From Octopus vulgaris (lineage: Eukaryota), in assembly GCA_951406725.2 (NCBI GenBank), contig OX597827.1:75826001-75890000 (forward strand): 64,000 bases of DNA. The letters are read 5' to 3'. The notes below the pieces were generated by a model, which saw nothing but the letters and a program-made list of their open reading frames with translations, had not been told where the DNA came from and ran no database searches. The first letter of the stretch is position 1, and the number at the start of each line of letters is the position of its first letter. The position numbers and the translations under genes are program-made. Below, piece by piece: positions 23,508 through 36,530 of the stretch.

Positions 23508-25153
23508 CTTGTTCATTTCTTTTGGCCGTTTATGATTTGAGTTCAAATTCCGCTGAGGTTGAGTTTGCCTTTCATCCTTTCAGGGTTGGTAAAATGAACA
23601 TCAGTTGATCACTGGGGGTTGATGTAATTTATCAGCTCCCCACATGCGCACACTTCCTTCAAAATTTCAGGGTTTGTGTCTGTAGTATAAAGAATATTGT
23701 TGTTGTTGTTGTTTAGGCAACAAGCTGACAGAATTGTTAGAGCTCTTTTGAACGCGTCTCAGTTCAAATCCTTGAGATCTCATCCTTTCAGGGTCAATAA
23801 AATAAAGTACCAGTCAAATATCAGAGTCAGTGGTATTGACTCTTCCCCCACGCCACCTCCACTCCTCTGCTAGCTTTATGTCTAAATCAGAAACAATTAT
23901 TATTATTGTTGTTGTTGTTTATATTTTGGTTTAACAAGCAATAACTTCTTCCAACTTAATTATGAAATTATTCAACAGAACCTTTTTAAAGAGGGTCTGT
24001 GTCTTGTCCAACGTAACAGCTTCACAATCCCTGATATCTTTTCCTTACTGACCCCGTACAATAACAACTCGGCCCCCTTCCCGTATATTTTCTCCTCCCC
24101 TCTTGCTCGCTGTGTCTCCTTCTCTCAACAATCATCTCTGGTGGAGTTAGGGTGTCAAGACCAAATAAATTGTTGTTGGAGTCCACAACATTCTCCTCCT
24201 CACTTTCCAGAAAGCTCTAGAAAAATTGAATAACAGTCGATGGCCTGACTAAACTGTAAACTCAATCGGGTGACAGACTACTGTAGAACTGCTGTGATAC
24301 CCCCGTTGGATCTGTGTGCCTTCAAATCTACATGAATCACTAACAGTGTCACCAGCAAAGCATGCCCACACCATTCCATTTGCTTCATTTCTGTCACAAG
24401 GATTAGAACTTGGAACTCAACATTGCAAATTGGGAGCTGTCAGGCCCTGGGTTGAAAATCTCCTCTAATCCTAAGTTTACAGTTTGGTAACCTTCATTCA
24501 AATCCATGTTTATCTTTTCTGTTTATATCTTAAGCTATTTGAACATTGCAGTCGACTGGTTCAGGTCACACCTCTCGCTTGCAATGTTTACATTCTGGCA
24601 GGGAAAAATAAAATTTTAAAAAAAAAACACAAACATCTATTTTTCACCCATGAAATCTGTCTATGGTCGAAACATATTTAAGTGACATCACCACATTTTG
24701 GACAAAAAGCTAATCATTTACAAAAACCCATTTATGTAACAAAATTACTAATTATAATTTCATTGTTGTTTCATCTCTTAAACAGCAGATGTTGAAATGT
24801 GTTGTTTTCAATTTGAAGGAATTAAGGCCAACCTCTGTTGTTCAATGGCTTTTATAGCTCACAAAACCTTAACTGTTTGTCTGTAGGCTTCCTTACAGCC
24901 TCACACACAACTTCAATCCCTTAGTTTAATAAGAAGACATAAATTTTAGTAACTATCGCATATGATGATGCTCCACATCAGTGTCTCTGACTGGCTCAGT
25001 CTCGGATCATCCTAAATGCTTCTTAACAACATTAAAGCAGTATCAGAAATGAAGGTTTTCAGTTCAGATCCAACTTCTGGACGGATATATATATATATAT
25101 CCATACACACACACATATCCATCTACACACATATATATATGTATATATATATA

Positions 25154-25184
<31 letters not shown>

Positions 25185-26856
25185 CTCACACACACACACA
25201 CACACAAGCATATATATAATTTTTTTAAAGTTATCTCTACAGAAACTAGACCCAGCACTGAAAGTTTTGTGATTGAATCGCACTGCTAATAATACAGTGG
25301 GGTACGCAGTATTGACTTATGAACTTTTAATCTGCTTGGTTGGATCTGTGACTGCATAATGAAATACTGTGTCCCTACCAGCAATTTACACACACACACA
25401 CACACACACGTATAAGGAATGTAGTGGAGATCAGAGAACTCAGCCAAACCATGACAATGGTGATTAATGCCAATAGGAATGGTTTTTGCTTGTTATTTCC
25501 CTAGTTTGATACTTATGATAATCTCTTTGCTCCCGTACAAATAACTTTAACCTATCATTGCTCCCAAATCAATGAGAGAATCCCTATGTGGTTACATAGC
25601 TTATTAGAAATAGCAACCAAATCTCTCCCAAATTGCTTCCCAGATACTCCCTAATAATGTTGTTGTTGTTAAGCAACAAGAATAGTAAGGGTGATTAGGT
25701 GATGGTCTAGAGCTTAGGGGCGGGAGACCCCAGACCTTGGGGAAAAAAAAAACTTTGGTCATCTTGTAGTCGAGGGCTCTTCGTTGACGCCCGACACCAC
25801 TGGGAGGTGGCCCTCGAAGTCGCTGGAAATGGTGATCACCAGGTCCAAATTCTTGAACGGCCCCATATAATGTGAGATGGTCATCACTGGAACTATTTCT
25901 GTCATGGGTGTATTCTATCTGGGCTGACCCCTAGAGATGAGGATCAGGTACAATATAAATATAATATAGTTTAGGAAATATTTTAGAATTGTTACAAACA
26001 TCAGGGCAGCAGTTGTGTGTCACTAAACCTCTTCATTGGTTCTGTTTGAGCTAAAAGATGTGTGTGTGCGTGTGTGTGTGTGAATATATGTGGCTAAGAA
26101 TTAAGAATGCACATATGTGTCTATATGTTTGTGTATGTGTGAATTTTCATCATGAGCCTGTCTTTGTTTTTAAACATACATGTGTGTATGTATATATATA
26201 TATATATATGATTAATTTTAAAATCATATATGTACATATGTGTGTGTATGTATATATATATATGTACATATCTATACATTTACATGTTTATATGCATGTG
26301 CATATTTTAGTGTGTGTGTGTGTCTGCTTGCCTAGCCAGCAGGGTGGCATCTTTCAAAAGCTACAACAATGCAAGCAAGTGCATGGTGACCAGTGGTGTG
26401 TAACAGTGTCCGATAGTCTGGTCAATACAGTGGCAGTTGTGTGTGTGTGAACACAAGTATGGTCAAGTGGTTTAGAAGTTCACTTCACAGTCATAGGATC
26501 TCAGATTCAATCTCCTTCTGTGCTCCTTGTTGAGACTGTGTCTATTCATCTAACCCTGGGTTGATCCAAGCCCCGTGTGGGGAAATCAGGCAGACAGAAA
26601 CTGCAGGGGCCTAATGGATGGATTGCACTTCTGATCCAAAAGACGACCGGCCTTATCACACTATCAAACTGATTTTACCTGTGTGTTACCTTAAGAATAC
26701 CTGTGTCTGTGGAAAGTTCGATCACTAACACTAAAATTCCATTGGCAGGTGGTTCCGTTGATTAAAGAACTGGAATTACTCATCTTCAAAACCAACAGAG
26801 ATCCTTATATTTTTTGCTTCTATGTGTGTGTGTGTGTGTAGTTAACTCATTTAGTT

Positions 26857-27192
26857 CATCATCGTTTAACGTCCGTTTTCCATGCTAGCAGGGGTTGGAC
26901 GGTTCAACTGGGGTCTGGGAAGCCAGAAGGCTGCACCAGGCTCCAGTCTGATCTGGCAGTGTTTCTACAGCTGGATGCCCTTCCTAACGCCAACCACTCC
27001 GTGAGTGTAGTGGGTGCTTTTTACGTGCCACCTGCACAGGTGCCAGACGAGGCTGGCAAACGGCCACGATCGGATGGTGCTTTTTACGTGCCACCGGCAC
27101 AGGTGCCAGACGAGGCTGGCAAACGGCCACGATCGGATGGTGCTTTTTACGTGCCACCTGCACGGGGGCCAGACGAGGCTGGCAACGGCCAC
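26857..27192 (-). mobile_element. 3' end of RTE-type LINE family C with three ~63-65-bp internal tandem units
   Basis: GGTGCTTTTTACGTGCCACC...GACGAGGCTGGCAA repeated three times. Confidence 0.8.
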
Positions 27193-27957
27193 AATCCATT
27201 GTATTTTTATACCTCTGATAAAGGTGTGCAACTCTTCTCGTTCCACTCCTTACTTCACAGTCAAATGACCACTGGTCATTAAAAGAGGACAGCTATTCGT
27301 AGAAGCGTTTATTCTGAGCAACACCCATATGCAATCCCTTTGGAAAATGGATGTAAAAGAGCAACGTGTATATATTTATACCTATGCATGCATTATATAT
27401 ATATATATGTATATAAATACACACACGCGTGAGCATATACACCCTTCACACATAAACATGTATGCAGGCCTTTATAATGTGGTTTTATATTTTTACTTAA
27501 TGACTTGTCCACTTCTTTACTCCTTTATATGTCAATGTTTTTTTTTTACTACCTCAACAATTTGTATAAGATGGGTGTGTATATGATTGTGTGTATTTGT
27601 AGGTGTATATATGTGTATGCATATATATATATATACATATATCTATATCTATCTATCTATATATATATATATGCACGCATACACACACACGGGTTTATAT
27701 AACAAGCATGTACTGGAAGATATATATACACACATATATATATATATATAAACACTTCTATGTATACATGCCACCAACACAGTAACGTTTTTAATTCTAT
27801 ATTTTTTCTATTCAATCACATATGGGTATTGAATGAACTCCGTGGTCGTATTTTACCTCCCCCCATCTCTCTCTCCCCCCTCATTTCCCTCTCCTCTTTC
27901 TCTCTCTAATATCACTAATAATAATAATTATAATAATAACAATAATTATAATAACAC

Positions 27958-28030
27958 TGTAATGTAAACTGTTTTTCTACTTTTTTCAGTAATAAATCAT
28001 TGTGGGAAATACTTTGTTGTTTTATTATTG
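27958..28030 (+). terminator. Candidate distal polyadenylation site
   Basis: Two TGTA, T-rich run, AATAAA at 27991-27996, downstream TTTGTTGTTTTATT. Confidence 0.4.
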
Positions 28031-28069
28031 TATGTAATGTGATGTGTGTGTGTGTGTGTGTGTCTTTTA

Positions 28070-28463
28070 TCTCTCTCTATATAAAGCTGAAGTTGTCTGT
28101 GTACGGCAGGTTTGGTAGCCTTCAACTAACACTATCTCCTCTGAGACCCTGCAGCGCAAGTTGACCAAAATTGAGAGTATGATAGAAGGCAGCTTGCTCT
28201 TCCTTCTGTAGAAGAACAAATTCAAATCGGACCATGTTAACACCAAAAATTATTTACATCAAAAAGGTGCTTTTTTTTCTATGGAAATTCCTATTTTTTA
28301 CGATATTTTTTACTGCTGTGTCGCCATTTTTCGGTGTATTTCAACCAGAAAAATGTTCACTTAAAGAGAATAACAAGCTACATAATGCAAAATTGTTACT
28401 TTTCAAAAATTCCAATTCTAAAGGGTTGAAACAAACCTGAGCAACGCCGGGTGATACTGCTAG
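28070..28463 (+). mobile_element. Non-autonomous Helitron
   Basis: Inserted between A and T; 5' TC(TC)..TATATAAA; 3' hairpin CCTGAGCAACGCCGGG followed by CTAG. Confidence 0.75.
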
Positions 28464-28854
28464 TTGTTGGATATAATGAACCAAACTCCCCCTTAAGAAA
28501 TTCTGATAAAGAAATTGGGCTGGATCAGTGGCACTCTAAGGAGACCTCCAAGGTGCATTGCAAGACGAGAAGGAAAGAGGGAAGTTGGACGACCGAAGAA
28601 GACCTGGAAAGGATGTACGGAAAATGAAAGAAAAGCAGTCGGTCTCTCTTGGTCTGAAATCAAGCTGGTCACTCAAGATTATGTCCACTGACATGAAATA
28701 GTCATGATCTTATAATCCTAACTAACAACCATGCTTTTTATTGCTAATAATATTATGACTATTTCTGGGACATCTTTTACACATAGATGCAGTAGCGAAA
28801 TTGGATGATTTTTTTTTTAAACTCTCTTTCGTTTATATTTATCATCTCTTTCTC

Positions 28855-29241
28855 TTTTTCTCTTTTACTTGTTTCAGTCATTTGACTGCGGCCATGCTGG
28901 AGCACCGCCTTTAGTCGAGCAAATCGACCCCGGGACTTATTCTTTGTAAGCCCAGTACTTATTCTATCGGTCTCTTTTGCCGAACCGCTAAGTGACGGGG
29001 ATGTAAACACACCAGCATCGGTTGTCAAGCAATGCTAGAGGGACAAACACAGACACACACACATATATATATATGCATATATACGACAGGCTTCTTTCAG
29101 TTTCCGTCTACCAAATCCACTCACAAAGCATTGGTCGGCTCGGGGCTATAGCAGAAGACACTTGCCCAAGATGCCATGCAGTGGGACTGAACCCAGAACC
29201 ATGTGGTTGGTTAGCAAGCTACTTACCACACAGCCACGCCT
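28855..29241 (-). mobile_element. SINE family A, full length
   Basis: Highly similar to 3635-4020. Confidence 0.85.
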
Positions 29242-29289
29242 ATATCATGTTTGATATGAGTTAAAAGTTTTTTTATTTTGCAAGATTGA

Positions 29290-30693
29290 AGACTCAGATG
29301 TTGTTGTGGATAAATGCTGTTGGCATTCCTATTGCATGATGCCAATTGGAATATCCGTTTTTAGTAAAACAAGTATCAGCTTGAGCAGAAGTATTAAAGT
29401 GCTGACAAGCAAAACAAAACAAGGCTTTCTTTGAAAGAGAAACCATAAACGACCAGAAGTCACGGCTCTGGTTTCCATAAATTTTTGGATCAAACTTTGC
29501 TAGAACTGGCTGCACTGGTTGGCAGTCGACCTGTCCTAGATCATCCAATGAGGGTGTCAAACACTTTGCAAGACCTCCCTTCAGCTGCGAAACTTGGTTT
29601 GCAATTCTCTTCTGCTTAGCATTATTAGATGAATCAGATTGGAAATTCAGCAATGATTGCTTCAGTTTTCTTTTTCGGTTGTGATTCATTATTTTTGGGC
29701 ACCAATACTCGCAATAATTAATTCGAAGGTAGAATATCGTAGTAAGAGTAACAATTTCTTAAAATTTATGTATTTTTAAATTAAACTCGAAAGAGATTTC
29801 GGTTCAAGCAATTTTTTTTTTTTCAAATTATCCAAAGTTATGTTTTTTCAGTTAAACACAAAATAATTTCAGTATAAATTTTGTTCAAAGAGTAAGAAAA
29901 ATTATTCAGCGAAAGTTCTCACCTGGAAAAATACTTTCTGAATGTATATTTTGGGAAATTTCAAAAATTTTCTTTCCTTTTTCGCAAATAATAATCCTCT
30001 CTAACTAGTAAAAATAAAATGACTTTTTAATGTCCGTCTCTGTTCATATATATACGTGTGTAGTGATGCATTTACTACCATAAATCTCTAATTACAGCAA
30101 CAATTCTTCACAGACTTTTTTCAACAACAACAAGGACAATCACCAGCCACTCCATCGCCACCAACGACCACCACAGCAACAACAATAACAACAACTGACC
30201 CATTGTCAGCCAAATCCTTAATTCAACCTACAGTTGATGACCGGGTCAGCAGCCAATTCTGCGACAATAATTACATATTTCTTTATTACCCACAAGGGGC
30301 TAAACATAGAGGGGACAAACAAGGACAGACATAGGTATTAAGTCGATTACATCGACCCCAGTGCGTAACTTAATTTATCGACCCCGAAAGGATGAAAGGC
30401 AAAGTCGACCTCGGCGGAATTTGAACTGACAACAACAATAATTACAGCTACAACAAACACTTTGACCAGCTCTAATTTACCCACATTTTCATATTTACTA
30501 ACTGCTAAATCAAAAGAAATTCAATTTATTGCATCTTTAGCGACTTCAGATATTGCTTAAGAGTAAAAGGTGACGACAATGTATTTATCAAAAAAGTGGA
30601 TAAAACAAATTCTGATACTGGGGTGGAGGGGCTGAGATTCTAACTGGGGGTGCTGAGCACCCTATAGCCCCACCCCCCGTAGCTACGTGCCTG
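29290..30693 (-). mobile_element. hAT-superfamily transposon 5' relic (ZMYM/TTF-type zinc-finger N-terminus)
   Basis: ORF 29294..29689 has ALFCFACQHF..FTKNGYSNWHHA; GC-rich end CAGGCACGTAGCTACGGGGG at 30693; SINE B fragment inserted at 30275-30428. Confidence 0.65.
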
Positions 30694-31237
30694 CCTGCGC
30701 GTAAGAACAATAGTTAAAGTCAATGGTTTAGGACCTGTGATGGGGACATCGAAGCAAATCTGTGAGAAAAAAGAAAAAAAACCTAAACTGGTTTGTTAAG
30801 CAAGGGAGGTAACTCTGCTTCGCCTTATTGTAAGCTGCAAGGTTGGCTGACGGAATGGGTGAATATCCGTTTGACAATAACGAGTAAGTGGCTGTGTATT
30901 CCACGGATATGAATGACAAGGCTGCTTCTCTGAATTATAGGTACAATCTATTCTACTGATTTTTTATATTGTTTCCGTCTATCTGACTCCACTTACAAAA
31001 GTATGGGACGAACCGAGGTCGAAGAAAACAACATTTATCCTAGATACCAAGCAGCGAAGTCGAACGTCAAACCTTGTGGGTGAAATGCTGACTTCTTAAC
31101 CATTTGGCCATGCTGCACATCTCTCTCTTAACACGACACCACAGCAGTGAATGCTGAAAGGATTCCCTTTGAATCGATCCTCTTCCGCCATTCATTCAGT
31201 CCACTCCTCCTCGGCTCGATAAGGCCTCCAACTCTCT

Positions 31238-31465
31238 GGCGGCGAGCTGGCAGAAACGTTAGCACACCGGGCGAAATGCGTAGCCGTATTTCGTCTGCTG
31301 TTACGTTCTGAGTTCAAATTCCGCCGAGGTTGACTTTGCCTTTCATCCTTTCGAGGTCGATAAATTAAGTACCAGTTCACTGGGGTCGATGTAATCGACT
31401 TAATCCGTTTGTCTGTCCTTGTTTGTCCCCTCTATGTTTAGCCCCTTGTGGGTAGTAAAGAAATA
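31238..31465 (+). mobile_element. SINE family B
   Basis: Matches 6968-7200. Confidence 0.85.
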
Positions 31466-31989
31466 TATTTATGTACAATTGACAGCCCTGTTTTCACTTG
31501 TAACAACACATTCTCCTGGGTCGGTAACCCCTCCACCTCACTTGTCTTTAATGCTCTAAAAAAACAACCTGAAATACCTCGTGTTTTAATATATATTGTT
31601 TTCATAAACAAAATAGCAGCTAAATACCTTTTTGCATCACACCTTGATGTTTTAAAACAGGAAGGATATTAAGTATCAAGAAATATATTCTCCTATGCTT
31701 CAGAAAAAAAAAAAAAAAAAAGACGAGATGGTCACGGTGGGAAACTTTTCATACAAGTCTGCTAGATGAGGGTTGAACCCGGTGATGAAAATGAAATACA
31801 TCTCAGCAACAAGCGATAATGTAGTCCTGGACACTGAATAAAAGACGTAATGGTAAGGATTCGATCTACAGGATCAGAGTTGACCTAGGGTTGTAGAACA
31901 AACTTAGCAGCAAGATTAAAGACAAAATTGATCGAAATAAGATTTGAATTCGCTGAAAAGAGTTGCACAGAACTAATTAATGAAGTCCA

Positions 31990-32222
31990 CGGTTGAGTTG
32001 GCAGAAACGTTAGCACGCCGGGCGAAATGCGTAGCCGTATTTCGTCTGTCGTTACGCTGTGAGTTCAAATTCCGCCGAGGTCGACTTTGCCTTTCATCCT
32101 TTCGGGGTCGATAAATTAAGTACCAGTTACGCACTGGGGTCGATGGAATCGACTTAATACCTATGTCTGTCCATGTTTGTCCCATCTATGTTTAGCCCCT
32201 TGTGGGTAATAAAGAAATAGGT
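31990..32222 (+). mobile_element. SINE family B
   Basis: Matches 6968-7200. Confidence 0.85.
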
Positions 32223-32364
32223 TCTAGACGTAATATAATATATTTAAGATCACACATTATGGAAGTGTGCTTGCCATGTAAGTGATTTGATCCGAGTCCC
32301 AGTGTTGAAACTAGAGGGATTGCTGCGAAGAGGATACATGTTAGCCATTCACAAACACACAAAG

Positions 32365-32767
32365 ACTCTTTACTCTTTCACTTGTTTCAGTCATTTGACT
32401 GCGGCCATGCTGGAGCACCGCCTTTAGTCGAACAAATAGACCACAGGACTTATTCTTTGTAAGCTTAGTACTTATTCTATCGGCCTCTTTTGCCGAACCG
32501 CTAAGTTACGGGGACGTAAACACACCAGCATCGGTTGTCAAGCGATGTTGGGGGACAAACAGACACACACACACATATACGACGGGCTTCTTTCAGTTTC
32601 CGTCTACCAAATCCACTCACAAGGCTTTGCTCGGCCCGAAGCTATAATAGAAGACACTTGCCCAAGGTGCCACACAGTGGGGACTGAACCCGGAACCATG
32701 TGGTTGGTAAGCAAGCTACTTACCACACAGCCACCCATACGCCTTTAGCTACTTACCACACAGCCAC
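32365..32767 (-). mobile_element. SINE family A, with a duplicated head fragment at 32747-32767
   Basis: Matches 28855-29241; AGCTACTTACCACACAGCCAC occurs twice. Confidence 0.85.
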
Positions 32768-33419
32768 TAAATATTTATTACTTGTAATATGGAGTCAGAA
32801 TCCCAGTCGCTCGAAATTGCGACCCGGTCTTCTGACAACCTTACACGGCATCTCGTTTCCATGGAACTCATTTGAGGAGGATAAGATAGAGTTGTCTCCC
32901 TTTGACTACAAAATATTTTTCTTACACCATTCAACAATTTTCCAATATGCGAGTGTTTATAAAAGTTTACACGCACACGCATCATTAGTTTAAATTCCTG
33001 AGATTGAGCTTTTGTTATAACGATTACAATTTTTTGTCTAATGCGTCAAAATTGCTTTCATTTGGTCAAATGACATAGTTTATTAGTTTACTTAAAGTTG
33101 TTTCACTCCAGTTCTGAATAATTATTTGTCTCGTTAAACTGTAAATGTAATAGAAATTTTTTAAATAATATTTCATGTCTGAGGCGATTAATTGTCAGAA
33201 AAATATAATCGCATTAATTCGTGGTGTGTCAGACAACACTCACGACTGATTTACAATAAGTAGCAAAGTTACCTCCCTTTGACTGTATTTTAAGCATGTG
33301 ACAAACGCTTTTCCCATGTGATTTTTCTCAAGTGGCCATGCGTGTGTGTAAAAAATGTTTCCTTCTCGAGCCATGGCAGGCTCTTAAGCAGCCGGTTTCC
33401 TGGTTTCAGTGGCGCAAAT

Positions 33420-33767
33420 ATTCCTCGCCTCCTTATGAGAGCTCAAAATCTCTCGTGGAAGCGTCATCCAACCAAAATACAAATATATGGGAAACTACCA
33501 CCTGTGTCATCTCTTGTGAAAGGTAGGAGAGTCCAGTTTGCTGGACATTGTTGTAGAGCTGAAAAAGAGGTAATTTCTACTCTTCTTCTCTGGAAGCCAT
33601 CTACTCGCAACACCAGAGGGCACACACTCTCCTAACCTGATGTAATCTCCAGGGATATAGGCATCCAGCAACAGGACCTCCGTAATGCTATGATGGACCG
33701 TGAAGTCTGGCGTAGCATGGTAAATTCCATTGTCTCGACCACGGTCGAACAATGATGATGATGATGA
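33420..33767 (+). mobile_element. 5'-truncated RTE-type LINE of a different family, C-terminus plus (GAT)n tail
   Basis: RLLMRAQNLSWKRHPT...RRVQFAGHCCRA...LLWKP...AMMDREVWR then TGATGATG. Confidence 0.75.
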
Positions 33768-33877
33768 TATATTTTTCACCTGGACGAGAAGCAGGATTAC
33801 TCATTTTTGCCAGCTGAGTGCCTTGGAGCGACGTGAAATGATTGTAAGTCGAGAAGATGTGTTTTGGCTTCTGTATC

Positions 33878-34302
33878 GGTGGCACGTAAAAAGCACCAAC
33901 CGATCGTGGACGTTGCCAGCCTCCCCTGGCCCCTGTGCCAGTGGCACGTAAAAAACACCAACTATACTCACGGAGTGGTGGGCATTCAGCTGTATAAACA
34001 CTGCCAGACCAGACTGGAGCTTGGTGCAGCTTCCTGGGTTCCCAGACCCCGGTCAAACCGTCCAACCCATACTAGCATGGAAAACGGACGTGAAACGATG
34101 ATGATCTATGTATATCATCATCATCATCATCGTTTAACGTCCATTTTCCGTGCTAGCTCGAGTTGGACGGTTCGACCGGGGTCTGGGAAGCCAGGAGGCT
34201 GCACCAGGCTCCAGTCTGATCTGGCAGTGTTTATACAGCTGGATGCACTTCCTAACGCCAACCAATCCGTGAGTGTAGTGGGTGCTTTATACGTGCCACC
34301 GG

Positions 34303-34303
<1 letters not shown>
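33878..34303. mobile_element. Two RTE family C 3' ends in tail-to-tail inverted orientation
   Basis: + copy ends GATGATGAT at ~34105; - copy starts (CAT)n at ~34114. Confidence 0.8.
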
Positions 34304-34374
<71 letters not shown>

Positions 34375-34994
34375 TTCAGCAAAATTTAGATTCAGATGAA
34401 TATGGTACGTAAGTCAAAGGCATATATATATATATATATCTGTATCTATTTATATATATATATATATATGTGTTTATATATCTATCTATATATATATATT
34501 TATATATATATATTTATATATCTATATACATATCTATCTATCTATATATATAGATAGATAGATAGATAGATACATACATACATACACACATTTACATATA
34601 TATTCGTATGGTAAGTTTAAATGGTTAAACACAGTTAAATAGAGACAAGGCTCCAGTATGGCCAGAGATACTGAAAAACAGATATTGAATGAAACACTTT
34701 AACAAAAGCATTAAAATTAATAAAGATTTTTAATAACACATTACAAATGACATTATTTGCATATCTGCAATATGCACGAATATACGTTTCGATGAATGAG
34801 TCTGTGTGTACGTGTATACACATTTGTATATATTTGATGTATATAGACATGTATGTTTGATTGATGACGACTGTAAAACAGAGATGATCAATCGTGTTTT
34901 ATCAGAGATGCGATATATCTTGGTAAAACATATTGTGAAGGCATTTATGACTTATAAACTGCATAGATATGAATTCAGCTTTACATAGAGAGAG

Positions 34995-35570
34995 AGAGTT
35001 TGAGGTATGGGTTACATAGTGTATAGAAGGAGAAGCGTACATTGTGCAGTATCACTGATATTTTGTAAGTGTGTGTGTAGAGAGAGAAAGACAGTGTGAT
35101 ACAGATGATATACACAAGAGAGAGATATTGTGAGGTACCACTGCAATGTTGAGTGTGTAGAGAGAGAGGGACATAGAGTGAGGTACCACTGGTATATTGC
35201 ATATCTGGAGAGAGAGAGAGAGAAATCGAGGTACCATTGGTATATTGTGTAAGGAGAGATATACAGAGAAGTACTATTGGTATATTGTGCTGAAAGAGAT
35301 AGACATGAGGTAACACTGGTATATTATTGGTGTAGGCAAGGTACTACTGGTATAGTGTGTAGAGAGAGATACAGTGAGGTACTATGAGTATATTTTGTTT
35401 AGAGAGAGATACAATGAGGTACCACGGGTATACTGTGTAAAGAGCGATATACAGCAAGGTACCATTAGTATATTGTGTAGGAAGAGAGGTACCATTGGTA
35501 TACTTTGTAGAGTTCACAATGACGCATATGTATATATAGAGAGAAGGGGAGTGAGAGAGATGAAGTACCA
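34995..35570. repeat. Degenerate ~30-48-bp minisatellite, core (T)GAGGTACCAYTGGTATA
   Basis: About 13 recognisable units separated by variable (AG)-rich spacers. Confidence 0.85.
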
Positions 35571-35766
35571 GGGATGTATATGTGCGTGTGTGTAGATGTA
35601 TAGCAGAAGTGTGAAGCTTGATAGTGTGTGTAGGAAAAAGAATTACGCTAGATTACATGTGTAGAGAAGGGTACATATACATACATATATATATACATAT
35701 ACATCTATATACATGCACATACATATATATATATGCATACATATACATATATATATATGCATACAT

Positions 35767-35904
35767 GGCATTAGGAAGGGCATCCAGCTGTAGAAACATT
35801 GCCAGATCAGACTGGGCCTGGTGCAGCCTTCTGGCCTTCCAAACCCCAGTTGAACCGTCCAACCCATGCTAGCATAGAAAGCAGATGCTAAATGATGATG
35901 ATGA
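35767..35904 (+). mobile_element. 3' end of RTE-type LINE family C
   Basis: GGAAGGGCATCCAGC...GATGATGATG. Confidence 0.75.
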
Positions 35905-36348
35905 TATATATATATATATATATATGCATACATATATACACATACATATATATATGCATACATATATACACATACATATATACATGCATACATATATATA
36001 TGCATACATATATACACATACATATATATATGCATACATATATACACATACATATATATATGCATACATATATATATATGCATACATATATACGCACACA
36101 TATATATGCATACATATATATATATGCATACATATATACGCACACATATATACACACACATATATGCATACATATATACACACACATATATACACACACA
36201 TATATATGCATACATATATACACACACATATATATATGCATATATATATATACATATATATATATATGGATACACATATATGCATATATATATATACACA
36301 TATATGCATATATATACACATATATGCATATATATATATACACATATA

Positions 36349-36388
<40 letters not shown>

Positions 36389-36530
36389 TGCATATATATA
36401 TATACACATATATGCATATATATATATATATATATATATGCATGTATGTTTATATATATATATATATATACACACACAATGTATACGTATATGCATATAT
36501 ATATATATATGTATGCATACATATATATAA
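35905..36530. repeat. (TA/CA) compound microsatellite
   Basis: TATATGCATACATATATACAC units. Confidence 0.95.

Noticed and set aside
26959-27282. Repeated-peptide ORFs and a possible array
   Set aside because: Tandem units inside a LINE 3' UTR that recur in other copies
34995-35570. CRISPR-like repeat/spacer appearance
   Set aside because: Eukaryotic context, degenerate repeats, related AG-rich spacers, no cas genes
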